This document shows positions 1 through 9,038 of a stretch of DNA of 64,000 bases, in pieces. Position numbers and translations under genes: made by a program. This DNA is from Clostridia bacterium. Lineage in GTDB: Bacteria; Bacillota; Clostridia; Peptostreptococcales; Anaerovoracaceae. Location of the stretch: the NCBI GenBank assembly GCA_024403185.1, contig JAKSSG010000002.1, positions 2,724 to 66,723 on the forward strand. The letters run 5' to 3'. Positions within the stretch are counted from its first letter, which is position 1. The number at the start of each line of letters is the position of its first letter. The notes under the pieces are model-generated. The model searched no databases, had not been told where the DNA came from, and worked only from the letters and a program-made list of their open reading frames with translations.

Positions 1-4
1 TCCA

Positions 5-271
5 TTATTTTCTGAGCCCCAGCCTAGCGATGAGTGTTCTGTATCTTTCAAGGTCATTTTCCTTCAGATAGTTGAGCAGGTTTCTTCTCTGTCCTACCAT
101 CTTCAGAAGTCCTCTTCTTGAGTGGTGGTCCTTATGGTGTTCCTTAAGGTGTTCGTTCAGATCGTTGATTCTGTAAGTCAGAATAGCTACCTGTACCTCA
201 GGGGAACCTGTGTCGCCTTCCTTTAACTGATACTCTTTGATAATTTCTGCTTTCTTTTCTGTAGTGATCAT
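5..271 (-). CDS. rpsO: 30S ribosomal protein S15
   Basis: [14 protein letters not shown]...[17 protein letters not shown] motif; start moved to the ATG at 271 behind an AAGGAGG RBS. Confidence 0.98.
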   Translation of the reverse strand: MITTEKKAEIIKEYQLKEGDTGSPEVQVAILTYRINDLNEHLKEHHKDHHSRRGLLKMVGQRRNLLNYLKENDLERYRTLIARLGLRK

Positions 272-287
272 TCTTGTTTCCTCCTTA

Positions 288-355
288 TTATTTATTCGCC
301 TGACGCTGAGTAGCCGTCGGAGTGTCGGACAACTAAGCTTCAGGTACAATCACAC
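288..355 (-). promoter_or_regulatory. putative S15 autoregulatory leader RNA
   Basis: 5' UTR of rpsO (CTTAGTTGTCCGACACTCCGACGGCTACTCAGCG) resembles the Firmicutes S15 leader; boundaries approximate. Confidence 0.65.
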
Positions 356-361
356 CGTGAT

Positions 362-390
362 ATTATAACAGTGAAAACGGGCTTTTGCAA
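362..390 (-). promoter_or_regulatory. sigmaA promoter of rpsO
   Basis: minus strand TTGCAA-17 nt-TATAAT with TG extension. Confidence 0.75.
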
Positions 391-402
391 GTCCTATTTT
401 CA

Positions 403-476
403 TGGAGCGGATGAGGGGAATCGAACCCCCGACTGCGGCTTGGGAAGCCGCCGTTTTACCATTAAACTACATCCGC
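403..476 (-). tRNA. tRNA-Gly(CCC)
   Basis: reverse complement GCGGATGTAGTTTAATGGTAAAACGGCGGCTTCCCAAGCCGC...GTTCGATTC...CCA; anticodon CCC, CCA encoded. Confidence 0.97.
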
Positions 477-502
477 CCGACCGGCACTGTTAAAGCCGCT
501 CA

Positions 503-1039
503 TTATTTGTACAGTTCCATCTGGACATGCGGAATTTCATCCTTTGAGAATTCACCGGAAATGGCCTTGAATCCGGCCTTCTCGTAATAGCCGATTACGT
601 CTGATTCGGCTTCAATGAATATTCTCTCGGCACCCATCCTGTCCCAGGCAACCTTTATGCCTTCATCCAGCAGTTTGCCGCCAAGGCCCTCTCCATGCTT
701 TATGGTCAGCACCCTTCCCATCTGCACGGTCGGAACCCTGCAAGGTCCGCCGCATACATATTCAGACTTCTCCAGCTGCTCGGGAGTCAGGTTGTTGCAC
801 CATATTTCCCTGCCTTCATATTTAACTACGGCATCCTCTTCCTGAATCTCATATATTCTCATGTAGGCATGTACCTTGCCGTCATCATCGGCATAGTAAA
901 CGTGATATCCGTAATCGCAGTCGTCACAGTCCTGATAAATGCAGTTCTGTTCAATTACAAAAATCTCATTTCTCGCTCTCATGATTTCATAGAGTTCGGC
1001 AGCCGTCAGTTCTTCAAATTTCCTGCTTACAAGTTTCAT
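503..1039 (-). CDS. GNAT acetyltransferase, ElaA family
   Basis: LYEIMRARNEIFVIEQNCIYQDCD, MGRVL, GYYEKAGF, IPHVQM motifs. Confidence 0.9.
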   Translation of the reverse strand: MKLVSRKFEELTAAELYEIMRARNEIFVIEQNCIYQDCDDCDYGYHVYYADDDGKVHAYMRIYEIQEEDAVVKYEGREIWCNNLTPEQLEKSEYVCGGPCRVPTVQMGRVLTIKHGEGLGGKLLDEGIKVAWDRMGAERIFIEAESDVIGYYEKAGFKAISGEFSKDEIPHVQMELYK

Positions 1040-1905
1040 TTTTCTTTCCCTTCAATAAATCCGTTCATCAGTTCAGCAGTAACGGATATTCCCTCATCTC
1101 CGTAAGGAACATCCTCACGGTTAAACCACTCGGCAACGGCCAGCTCGCCGTCATTAAGAGTAACCTCGTCCGATCCGTCCAGGTCACAGTATACGCCGAG
1201 AATCATTGAACCGGACATTGACCATGGCTGGCTCTTGTAGTAACGGATATTCTTGACATGCAATCCGGTTTCTTCGAAGACCTCCCGTTTAACGGCATCC
1301 TCCATGCTTTCTCCCGCTTCCATGAAGCCGGCAACCAGACAGTACCTGTGATAGTCACCGCCTGCATACTTGACCAGCAGAATTCTGTCACCGTCCGTCA
1401 GGCCCACTATTACCACAGGATTGATTCGCGGATAAACGGGTATCTTGCACTTCTCACAGTATACCATACGTTCCACATCATCGCAGGTCATTGGTCCTCC
1501 GCATTTGCCGCAGAATCTGTTTTCCTCATACCATTTAGCAAAGTGACATGCCGTGGTTCCCGCAAAAGCAGCCCAGCGCGGCGGGTGATTCTGCACGTCT
1601 CTCTGCGTGATGAGCCGGTACCCGTTGTTGATAAGTATTTCAATTATATCATCGGACATGCCCTTCCAGACGTAGAAAAACCTTCCCGCGCCCTCTATTT
1701 CAAACAGATATCTGGCGTCACAGGATTCCAGTTCAGCAGCGAGTATTGCCTTTGCATCTGCCCATCTGGGGTATTCAACCCGGTCTTCATCCATTCTGAC
1801 CAGAATGGATCCCTCCCGCATGAGGATTATGAAGTCCTCATCCTCCGGCTGGCAGTTCACATATGTCACATTAAATTTGTGCGGTGCTATGTCCTGGATC
1901 ATCAT
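1036..1905 (-). CDS. nudC: NAD(+) diphosphatase NudC
   Basis: Zn finger FCGKCG...CEKC, YPRINP, Nudix box GFMEAGESMEDAVKREVFEETG, SQPW. Confidence 0.93.
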   Translation of the reverse strand: MMIQDIAPHKFNVTYVNCQPEDEDFIILMREGSILVRMDEDRVEYPRWADAKAILAAELESCDARYLFEIEGAGRFFYVWKGMSDDIIEILINNGYRLITQRDVQNHPPRWAAFAGTTACHFAKWYEENRFCGKCGGPMTCDDVERMVYCEKCKIPVYPRINPVVIVGLTDGDRILLVKYAGGDYHRYCLVAGFMEAGESMEDAVKREVFEETGLHVKNIRYYKSQPWSMSGSMILGVYCDLDGSDEVTLNDGELAVAEWFNREDVPYGDEGISVTAELMNGFIEGKEK

Positions 1906-4208
1906 ATCATGCTCAGTCCTATCTTCTGCTTATCGTAATCTATCTTGATAATTCTCACTTTAACTGTGTCGCCGACGGATACAACCTCCATCGGGTGTTT
2001 AATGTATTTTCTGCTCATCTGGCTGATGTGAACGAGGCCGTCATTCTTGACGCCGATATCGACGAAGGCACCGAAATCGACCACGTTTCTGACTGTGCCT
2101 TCGAGCTCCATGTCAATTTTCAGGTCCTCAAATGACTTGACGTCGTTTCTGAATATTACTTCCGGTGCATCCTCACGCGGGTCTCTTCCCGGTTTCTTCA
2201 TTTCGGCAATGATATCCGTGAGAGTCGGTGCTCCGATGTCCAGATCTGCGGCCAGCTTCTCAATTGCCTTCTTCATGTTTCGCTTCGGCCTGCTGTCGTC
2301 TGCTGCCTTTGCGATTTCGTTCAGAGCCGCAAAGCCCTTAACGCGACCGCCCTGAAGCTTTGGTTTTTCCTCTTCGCCGTACATGTCCCAGATGCGGTCA
2401 TCAATATCCGCAAAGCCCGCATCTTCACCTGTCAGGGCATTCTTGTCATATCCCAGCTTTGCCAGCATTGTTTCGGCAGCCTTGTAGGATTCCGGATGAA
2501 CGGCTGTGTTATCCAGAGGATTTTTGCCTTCAGCTATGCGTATGAATCCTGCACACTGACCATAGGCTTTTTCTCCAAGCTTAGGGACCTTTTTAAGCTG
2601 TTTTCTGTCGGTGAATATGCCGTTTTCTTCTCTGTATGCAACGATGTTTCTGGCAATTCCCATGTTTATTCCGGCAACGTGGGCCAGGAGCGACGGAGAT
2701 GCCGTGTTAAGTTCAACGCCTACCCTGTTTACGCAATCCTCAACTACATTATCCAAAGCTCCCTCAAGAAGCTTCTGGTTGATGTCATGCTGATACTGGC
2801 CAACGCCAATGCTCTTTGTCGGAATCTTGACCAGTTCGGCAAGTGGATCCTGAAGTCTTCTACCCAGTGACATTGCTCCTCTGACAGTAACATCCAGGTC
2901 AGGATATTCTTCTGTCGCAAGCTTTGAGGCTGAGTAAACGGAAGCTCCCGCCTCATTTACTATTGTATATCTTATTTCCTGAGCCTTCGGGTTTGCCTTT
3001 GCATATTTTCTTATGAATCCGGCAACGACTTCCTCGGTTTCTCTGGAAGCTGTGCCGTTTCCGATTACTATGGTGTTAATGTTGAATTTATCCGCGATTT
3101 TTTTGAGAGTGGCCTCGGTTTTGGCGATTTCCTTCTTCGGTTCAGTCGGGTACACCGTTGTGTAGGCCTTGAGTTTGCCGGTCTCGTCAAGAACCGCAAC
3201 CTTGCAGCCCGTTCTGTAGCCCGGGTCTATTGCTATAATGCGTGCGCCCTTTACAGGCGGAACCATGAGCAGCTTCTCTGTATTTTTCGCAAAGAGCTTA
3301 ACGGCTTCCGCTTCTGCTGTTTCCGTAAGCATGTTTCTCATTTCGCGCTCTATTGACGGTGCGATGAGGCGCTTGTAGGAATCGGCGATTGTAGCCTTAA
3401 GCGGAGCTTCGAATTCAGTGCCTTCTGCCACTTTCGTGCCGCCCGGAAGAGAATCTGCAATGAGCTTTTCCATTGTTTCTGAGTCAGTGGTCACTTTAAC
3501 CTTAAGCTTCTTTTCCTTCTCGCCGCGGTTAATGGCCAGTACTCTGTGGTTCGGAATCTTTGAAATCTTCTCACCGAACTCATAGTACATTTCGTATACG
3601 GTCTTTTCTTCCGGATCCGCAGCCTCACTTGTGATAAGGCCGGATTCTTCAGTCTTCTTTCTTACGGCGGCATTGACCTCCGGATCATCGGAGATTCTTT
3701 CGGCAATAATGTCGCAGGCGCCCTGAATGGCATCTTCTGCAGTCTCAACACCGTTTTCACTTCCTGTGGCCGCATCAGTAAAGGCTCCCGCAATATCTGT
3801 CAGGCTGCCTGTTTCGGTCTGTGCCCAGATTATATCCGCCAGCGGCTCCAGACCTTTTTCCTTCGCCTTGGATGCGCGTGTTGCCTTTTTCTTCTTGAAT
3901 GGCTTGTACAGGTCCTCAACTCTCTGGAGAACTTCCGCCTCCGTTATCTGAGTCTTAAGTTCTTCCGTCAGCTGACCCTGTTCATCTATGAGTCTGATTA
4001 CCTCTTCCTTTCGTTCCTCCAGACCTCTGAGATAAGTGAGTCTTTCGTCCATGTCTCTGAGCACTTCGTCGCTCAGTCCTCCTGTTACCTCCTTACGGTA
4101 ACGTGCAATAAAAGGAATTGTATTACCTTCGTCTATCAGGTTGACAGTGCTTTCAACCTGTGTGTTTCTGATTTTGAATTCTTCTGCCAGTTTCTTGATG
4201 ATATCCAA
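1902..4208 (-). CDS. tex: Tex family transcription accessory protein (S1 domain)
   Basis: GNTIPFIARYRKEVTG, DPGYRTGCK, GVGQYQHD and C-terminal S1 domain. Confidence 0.95.
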   Translation of the reverse strand: MDIIKKLAEEFKIRNTQVESTVNLIDEGNTIPFIARYRKEVTGGLSDEVLRDMDERLTYLRGLEERKEEVIRLIDEQGQLTEELKTQITEAEVLQRVEDLYKPFKKKKATRASKAKEKGLEPLADIIWAQTETGSLTDIAGAFTDAATGSENGVETAEDAIQGACDIIAERISDDPEVNAAVRKKTEESGLITSEAADPEEKTVYEMYYEFGEKISKIPNHRVLAINRGEKEKKLKVKVTTDSETMEKLIADSLPGGTKVAEGTEFEAPLKATIADSYKRLIAPSIEREMRNMLTETAEAEAVKLFAKNTEKLLMVPPVKGARIIAIDPGYRTGCKVAVLDETGKLKAYTTVYPTEPKKEIAKTEATLKKIADKFNINTIVIGNGTASRETEEVVAGFIRKYAKANPKAQEIRYTIVNEAGASVYSASKLATEEYPDLDVTVRGAMSLGRRLQDPLAELVKIPTKSIGVGQYQHDINQKLLEGALDNVVEDCVNRVGVELNTASPSLLAHVAGINMGIARNIVAYREENGIFTDRKQLKKVPKLGEKAYGQCAGFIRIAEGKNPLDNTAVHPESYKAAETMLAKLGYDKNALTGEDAGFADIDDRIWDMYGEEEKPKLQGGRVKGFAALNEIAKAADDSRPKRNMKKAIEKLAADLDIGAPTLTDIIAEMKKPGRDPREDAPEVIFRNDVKSFEDLKIDMELEGTVRNVVDFGAFVDIGVKNDGLVHISQMSRKYIKHPMEVVSVGDTVKVRIIKIDYDKQKIGLSMI

Positions 4209-4213
4209 TTGTG

Positions 4214-4999
4214 TTATTTCTCCTTTACTCTAGCTTCAGCTGTTTCCCATACCCAGTCAATGTTCTGCTTATCTTTTGATATTCCTATTTCATCCATGAA
4301 CAGCATGGTCAGTTTTTCCCTGCTGATGTTATTTCTGCTCAGTTCCTCAATTGTTTCTGCAAACAGTTCTTCTTTCCTGATATTTGCATCTGCGATTTTA
4401 ACCAGTTCTTCTCTGTTGCATACACTGTTATGGGAAAGCACAAATACGGGATAATCCAGAGTTTTTATCTTTTCCATGCTTTGCAGTGCCTCTGCCATTT
4501 CATAATGATATGGCAGCCTTGTATTTTCAAGAATATCTTCGGACATAATGGCGTCGCCGAGAAAACACACTCCATCAGGAGTAGCAATGCCCTGATGCCC
4601 GCGCGAATGACCCGGAAGCCTTATTATTTCAAAAGCAAAGCCTTCTATGGTAAGTCTTCCTTCATCCGGGTTCTCTACAATTTCCTGCCCGTCAATATAT
4701 CCTTCTTCAATCTCATGCCTGATTTCATCTGCAGAAGCATACACTTCACATTCAAATTCCTCTTTCAGAAGCTCATTGCAGCCAATATGATCTACATGCA
4801 GATGAGTATTTATTACGGCAACCGGCCGTATTCCCTCATTATGCAGGAATTTCATAATGATTTCCTGGTCATTCCACCCTGTATCAATCATGACTGCGCT
4901 TCGCTTTCCGAAACGATACATGCCAATGCAGGTATCCGCGATAGAAAGAACAAAGGTGTTTCCGGCTATGTGTTTCAATTCGTAACTCATGGATTTCAT
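4214..4999 (-). CDS. MBL-fold metallo-hydrolase
   Basis: THLHVDHIG, PGHS, GDA motifs; start set at ATG 4999 (GGAG RBS) because the longer ORF overlaps the tRNA terminator. Confidence 0.88.
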   Translation of the reverse strand: MKSMSYELKHIAGNTFVLSIADTCIGMYRFGKRSAVMIDTGWNDQEIIMKFLHNEGIRPVAVINTHLHVDHIGCNELLKEEFECEVYASADEIRHEIEEGYIDGQEIVENPDEGRLTIEGFAFEIIRLPGHSRGHQGIATPDGVCFLGDAIMSEDILENTRLPYHYEMAEALQSMEKIKTLDYPVFVLSHNSVCNREELVKIADANIRKEELFAETIEELSRNNISREKLTMLFMDEIGISKDKQNIDWVWETAEARVKEK

Positions 5000-5015
5000 T
5001 ATACCACTCCAATAT

Positions 5016-5045
5016 AAAAATGGGGAGGCATCGCCTCCCCATTTC
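5016..5045 (-). terminator. rho-independent terminator after tRNA-Pro
   Basis: AAATGGGGAGGC/GCCTCCCCATTT stem followed by a T run on the minus strand. Confidence 0.75.
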
Positions 5046-5047
5046 AC

Positions 5048-5124
<77 letters not shown>

Positions 5125-5319
5125 AAGGTTTGTATCTGAACAACCTTGACGATTTTAACACATTTCATGCTTTAAAGTAAACTGTCAATAATTGTAAAAG
5201 TCTTGGCTTTTTTAGCAAAGCTTAGCGTTTTTTAACGTTATTCACAAACAGCATTATATCATGCATATCTTAATATGTATTTGGCAATCCACCTGGAATA
5301 GGATGACCTAACGGCTAAT

Positions 5320-5588
5320 GCCACAACTCAAGCTATAAACCGAGGATTTTCAATGTTATTCGTGGCAAATGCAGACTCCTCTTCTACGATTTGCCACAAC
5401 CTATGCCAGAAATCAAGTATTTTAAGCGTTACTTGTGGCAAATGCGGACTCCTCTTCTACGATTTGCCACAACCCATACTAGAAATCAAGGTTGTTTAAT
5501 GTCACTTGTGGCAAATGCAGACTCCTCTTCTACGGTTTGCCACAACCTCTATCCGATACCATTGATAAATGCAAATAATTGTGGCAAA
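5320..5588. repeat. 73-bp period tandem array of palindromic 41-nt units (3 full, 2 half units)
   Basis: TTGTGGCAAATGCAGACTCCTCTTCTACGATTTGCCACAAC-like units start at 5360, 5433 and 5506; half units end at 5327 and start at 5579; 32-nt linkers. Confidence 0.92.
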
Positions 5589-5735
5589 ACAGCGAGCCCA
5601 CCTGGCTCAGGACAGCCAAATTTGATAAAAAAAATCGGATGAAATCAGGCCTCTCTGATCGAATTTGTCATCCATGAACATCTTGGTATAGAGAAAGCCG
5701 CCCTGTCCTTGTAATCAGTACCTTCTTGCCCATGA

Positions 5736-6671
5736 TTACAATGCTCCTTTTTCTCTGTGATAAACCTTTGCCTGAATGCAGTCCTGCTGGATCTGCGCCT
5801 TCAGAGCATCGATGCCGTCAAATTTCTTTTCTCCACGCGTATGCTTTATGAAATCCACGCGGATTTCCTTACCGTAAACATCTTCATTAAAATTGAAAAT
5901 GTGGGTTTCTATGTTCTTTTCGTATGTTCCGATTGTCGGCTTGACACCAACATTTGTAACGCTTGGACGACGCACACCATCAATCGTGCACATTGTAATG
6001 TAAACGCCGTTCGGCGGTGTAACCATTGTACTGTCAACTACAGTATTGCATGTAGGAAACCCGATTGTTCTTCCCAGCATGTTGCCCTTTACTATTTCTC
6101 CGCCTATGGAATACATTCTTCCCATGAATTTAGTGCATTCCTCCATGCGCCCTTCTTCAATGAGCTGACGGATGTAAGTGCTGCTGACAATAATGCCGTC
6201 TATTTCGTAAGCTTCCTGAACATGTATTCCGAAACCTCTTGCCAGGCCCTCTCTCATGAGAACCTCGGGATTTCCCTGGGCTTTATATCCGAATCTGTAG
6301 TTGAATCCGCAGTAGGCCTCACGAATGTTGAACCTGTCAACGAGAATTCTGTCAATGAATTCAACCGGACTCATGTTCAGTATTTCTTCAGTAAACGGAA
6401 TATTGAACATGTAATCAACTCCCAGATCTTCCAGAAGCCTTATCTTCTCGTCAGCGTAAAGTATGTTCTTTACCGGCTCGACATTTTTCAGGATGGTACT
6501 TGTGTGATTGGAAAATGTGAACACTCCGCTCTTCAGTCCTGCCGCAGCCGCCTCCTTGACACTTCTGTTGATTATCTCCTGATGTCCTCTGTGGATTCCG
6601 TCAAAATTCCCCAGTGCGACAACTGTAGGTTCAATGTTATTTATTTCTTCCAGGCTGTTAAATATCTTCAT
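5736..6671 (-). CDS. ribF: bifunctional riboflavin kinase/FAD synthetase
   Basis: ALGNFDGIHRGH, VSSTYIR, GRTIGFPT, NVGVKPT. Confidence 0.96.
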   Translation of the reverse strand: MKIFNSLEEINNIEPTVVALGNFDGIHRGHQEIINRSVKEAAAAGLKSGVFTFSNHTSTILKNVEPVKNILYADEKIRLLEDLGVDYMFNIPFTEEILNMSPVEFIDRILVDRFNIREAYCGFNYRFGYKAQGNPEVLMREGLARGFGIHVQEAYEIDGIIVSSTYIRQLIEEGRMEECTKFMGRMYSIGGEIVKGNMLGRTIGFPTCNTVVDSTMVTPPNGVYITMCTIDGVRRPSVTNVGVKPTIGTYEKNIETHIFNFNEDVYGKEIRVDFIKHTRGEKKFDGIDALKAQIQQDCIQAKVYHREKGAL

Positions 6672-6678
6672 GTCTTTT

Positions 6679-7680
6679 CTATCTCTGGCTGACAAATACC
6701 TTGTCCGCCTTCAGTTTATTCTCCTTCTTATCAAAAAATCCCGTTCCCAGGAATTCTCCCGTATTATCCTGATACACCTTGTATATGCATTCGTAATCGC
6801 GTCCACGGGCATTCTTATGCCCTCTGCATGATTCATCAGGCTCTTCCAGCACCTTAATCTGACTCCACCATATGCTGTTGCCTCTGCTGAAATAATCAGC
6901 CCGGTCCTCAGGCATTGTCACCCTGCCGAAATGAACAAGGGGATAATCGGAAGGCAAAAGCAGTTTCTCCAGCTGTCCCGCATCCATTTCCTTAACCTGT
7001 TCTGCGTCAACCGTCGCCTGTTCAATGGTGATGTTTCCGGTAGCTACACGCTGCAGACCGGTCATGACACATCCGCATCCGAGCTTTTCGCCCAGATCCG
7101 CACATATTGTCCTGACATATGTTCCTTTTGAACATTCTACCACAAAGGCAAGCTCGCCTTTTTTCATGTCAACTTCATTGACGGTAATTTGTTTTATGTA
7201 GACTTTTCTCGGCTTTATTTCCGCCAGAACATCCTCAGAAATTTCCTGGCCTTTGTAGGCATATTCGTACAGCCTTTTGCCGTTTACGCGTACCGCTGAG
7301 TACTTTGGGGGCATCTGCTCAATGTCTCCCTCAAAACCCTTCAGAGCCTCGACTATGGCCTCCTCGGTGATGCCCTGTCTGTCCCTGATATCCTGCCAGT
7401 TCTGTTCTTCAAGAACCTGGCCCCAGATATCCAGCGTATCTGTCGTAATACCGAATCTGGCGTTGCAGACATACGTCTTGCTGTCCAGATCCATGTACTC
7501 CATAATTCTTGTGGCCTGACCTACAAAGATTGGCAGTACACCGGTTGCCATGGGGTCAAGTGTTCCTCCATGCCCGACCTTTTTGATTCCCTTCACGCCA
7601 AGAACTCTTCGACATATTGCGACGCAGTCACTGGAGGTCCAGTTCTGCGGCTTGTCAAGTACTAAAATGCCATCTCTCAT
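6679..7680 (-). CDS. truB: tRNA pseudouridine(55) synthase
   Basis: KVGHGGTLDPMATGVL, PPKYSA, CSKGTYVRT. Confidence 0.97.
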   Translation of the reverse strand: MRDGILVLDKPQNWTSSDCVAICRRVLGVKGIKKVGHGGTLDPMATGVLPIFVGQATRIMEYMDLDSKTYVCNARFGITTDTLDIWGQVLEEQNWQDIRDRQGITEEAIVEALKGFEGDIEQMPPKYSAVRVNGKRLYEYAYKGQEISEDVLAEIKPRKVYIKQITVNEVDMKKGELAFVVECSKGTYVRTICADLGEKLGCGCVMTGLQRVATGNITIEQATVDAEQVKEMDAGQLEKLLLPSDYPLVHFGRVTMPEDRADYFSRGNSIWWSQIKVLEEPDESCRGHKNARGRDYECIYKVYQDNTGEFLGTGFFDKKENKLKADKVFVSQR

Positions 7681-8645
7681 ACAGCTTCTTCCATTGCATG
7701 TTTAATGGCGGTAAAGGTTTCTTCCATTGACATTTTCACTGTGGCTCCTGCCGCCTTAATGTGTCCGCCGCCGCCAAGGCTCCTGCAGATATCCGCCACA
7801 TTGCTGTATGTCTTGGCTCTCATGCTGATTTTGATGCCCTCTTCACGTTCCTCAAGATATGCAGCCATTTCCACGCCTGCAATATCTCTGAGCTTATCGA
7901 TGATTTCATCGGTATCCTCGTGTGTCGCATCCATCTCGGCCATCTCTTCGCTTGTCAGGTAGCTGACAATGCATTTTCCGCCGGCGAAGATCATTGCCTT
8001 GTCAATGGCTCTGCTTTCGCTGAGCACCTTCTTCATGCTTCTGTTCTGATAGAGGCTTGTCATTATTTCCGTATGATCCACACCCTGTTCCAGAAGCTCG
8101 GCTGCGATTCTGTGTGATTCAGGGTCAGTGTTCGAATGCTTAAAGTTACCCGTATCGGTGCTTAATCCTGTATATATTGCATTTGCAGCATCTTTTGAAA
8201 GGCTTACTCCTGCCTGCTTCAGCATTTCATAGATAATTGAACAGGTTGCTGCCGCATCGCTGTCAATATAGTATCTTTCTCCAAATCCGTTCTCATTCTC
8301 GTGATGGTCAATGCAGTACTTCCTTAAGCCTTTGTGGAAGTAACCGACTCTGCTGTCCATTCTGTGATCCGCGCTGCAGTCAACTGCCATGCAGATATCC
8401 GGGTTTCCTGCCTTTGCTTCATCTGTAAAGAATTCCGTGTTGAGAAACCCCAGATAATCGGGAATCTTGCCTGCGCATACGGTGCAGTCAACTCCCTGCT
8501 CTCTCAATGCCAGACAAAGTGCGGCACATGAGCCTGTTGCATCCCCATCGGGGTTTACATGGGGAAAAAGCACAACGCTTTTCGCTGTGCTTAATTCCTT
8601 CCATAATTCATTTAATTCAATGTTCTTAACCATTTGAGTCTCCAA
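7677..8645 (-). CDS. nrnA: DHH/DHHA1 phosphoesterase (NrnA-like oligoribonuclease)
   Basis: HVNPDGD, IDHH, TDTGNF, GGGGHIKAAG; start may instead be ATG 8633. Confidence 0.9.
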   Translation of the reverse strand: METQMVKNIELNELWKELSTAKSVVLFPHVNPDGDATGSCAALCLALREQGVDCTVCAGKIPDYLGFLNTEFFTDEAKAGNPDICMAVDCSADHRMDSRVGYFHKGLRKYCIDHHENENGFGERYYIDSDAAATCSIIYEMLKQAGVSLSKDAANAIYTGLSTDTGNFKHSNTDPESHRIAAELLEQGVDHTEIMTSLYQNRSMKKVLSESRAIDKAMIFAGGKCIVSYLTSEEMAEMDATHEDTDEIIDKLRDIAGVEMAAYLEEREEGIKISMRAKTYSNVADICRSLGGGGHIKAAGATVKMSMEETFTAIKHAMEEAV

Positions 8646-8672
8646 AAAGACAACCTGCGTATTGTCATCTTT

Positions 8673-9035
8673 TTATAAAGTTTCCAGTATGGATTCAATA
8701 TGTCTTGAATGTTCCATTGAGTGATCGATTTTGAATATCAGTTCCGGAGTATGGCGAAGCTTCATCTTCTGACCTATCTCACGTCTGATATAGCCCTTGG
8801 CTTTTTCAAAACCTTCAAGCACATCTTCAGCCTGCTTCCTTGCTTCCTCCTCATCGGATGATATTCCAAGAGGCGAGAAGTATACAGTTGCATAGCTGTT
8901 GTCGTTAGTCACTTCAACGGCTGTAATGCTTACCATTGAATTCAATCTCGGGTCCTTCAGTCCGTGAAGAAGCATGTCGCTGATAATCCTGCGGATTTCC
9001 TCACCTATGCGACCCTGTCTGTATCCTTTTCCCAT
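8673..9035 (-). CDS. rbfA: ribosome-binding factor A
   Basis: KDPRL...LRHTPELIF; directly after infB. Confidence 0.96.
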   Translation of the reverse strand: MGKGYRQGRIGEEIRRIISDMLLHGLKDPRLNSMVSITAVEVTNDNSYATVYFSPLGISSDEEEARKQAEDVLEGFEKAKGYIRREIGQKMKLRHTPELIFKIDHSMEHSRHIESILETL

Positions 9036-9038
9036 ATG

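Noticed and set aside
5320-5588. Calling the 73-bp array a bona fide CRISPR array
   Set aside because: Three of four linkers are clearly homologous to each other, only three full repeats exist and no cas gene is in the window; kept as an unexplained repeat
5391-5642. 83-aa ORF across the repeat array
   Set aside because: The 73-bp period is not a multiple of three, the start is TTG without an RBS, and the product has no protein-like features
5757-6692. 311-aa plus-strand ORF
   Set aside because: Antisense shadow of ribF with no recognisable motif or RBS
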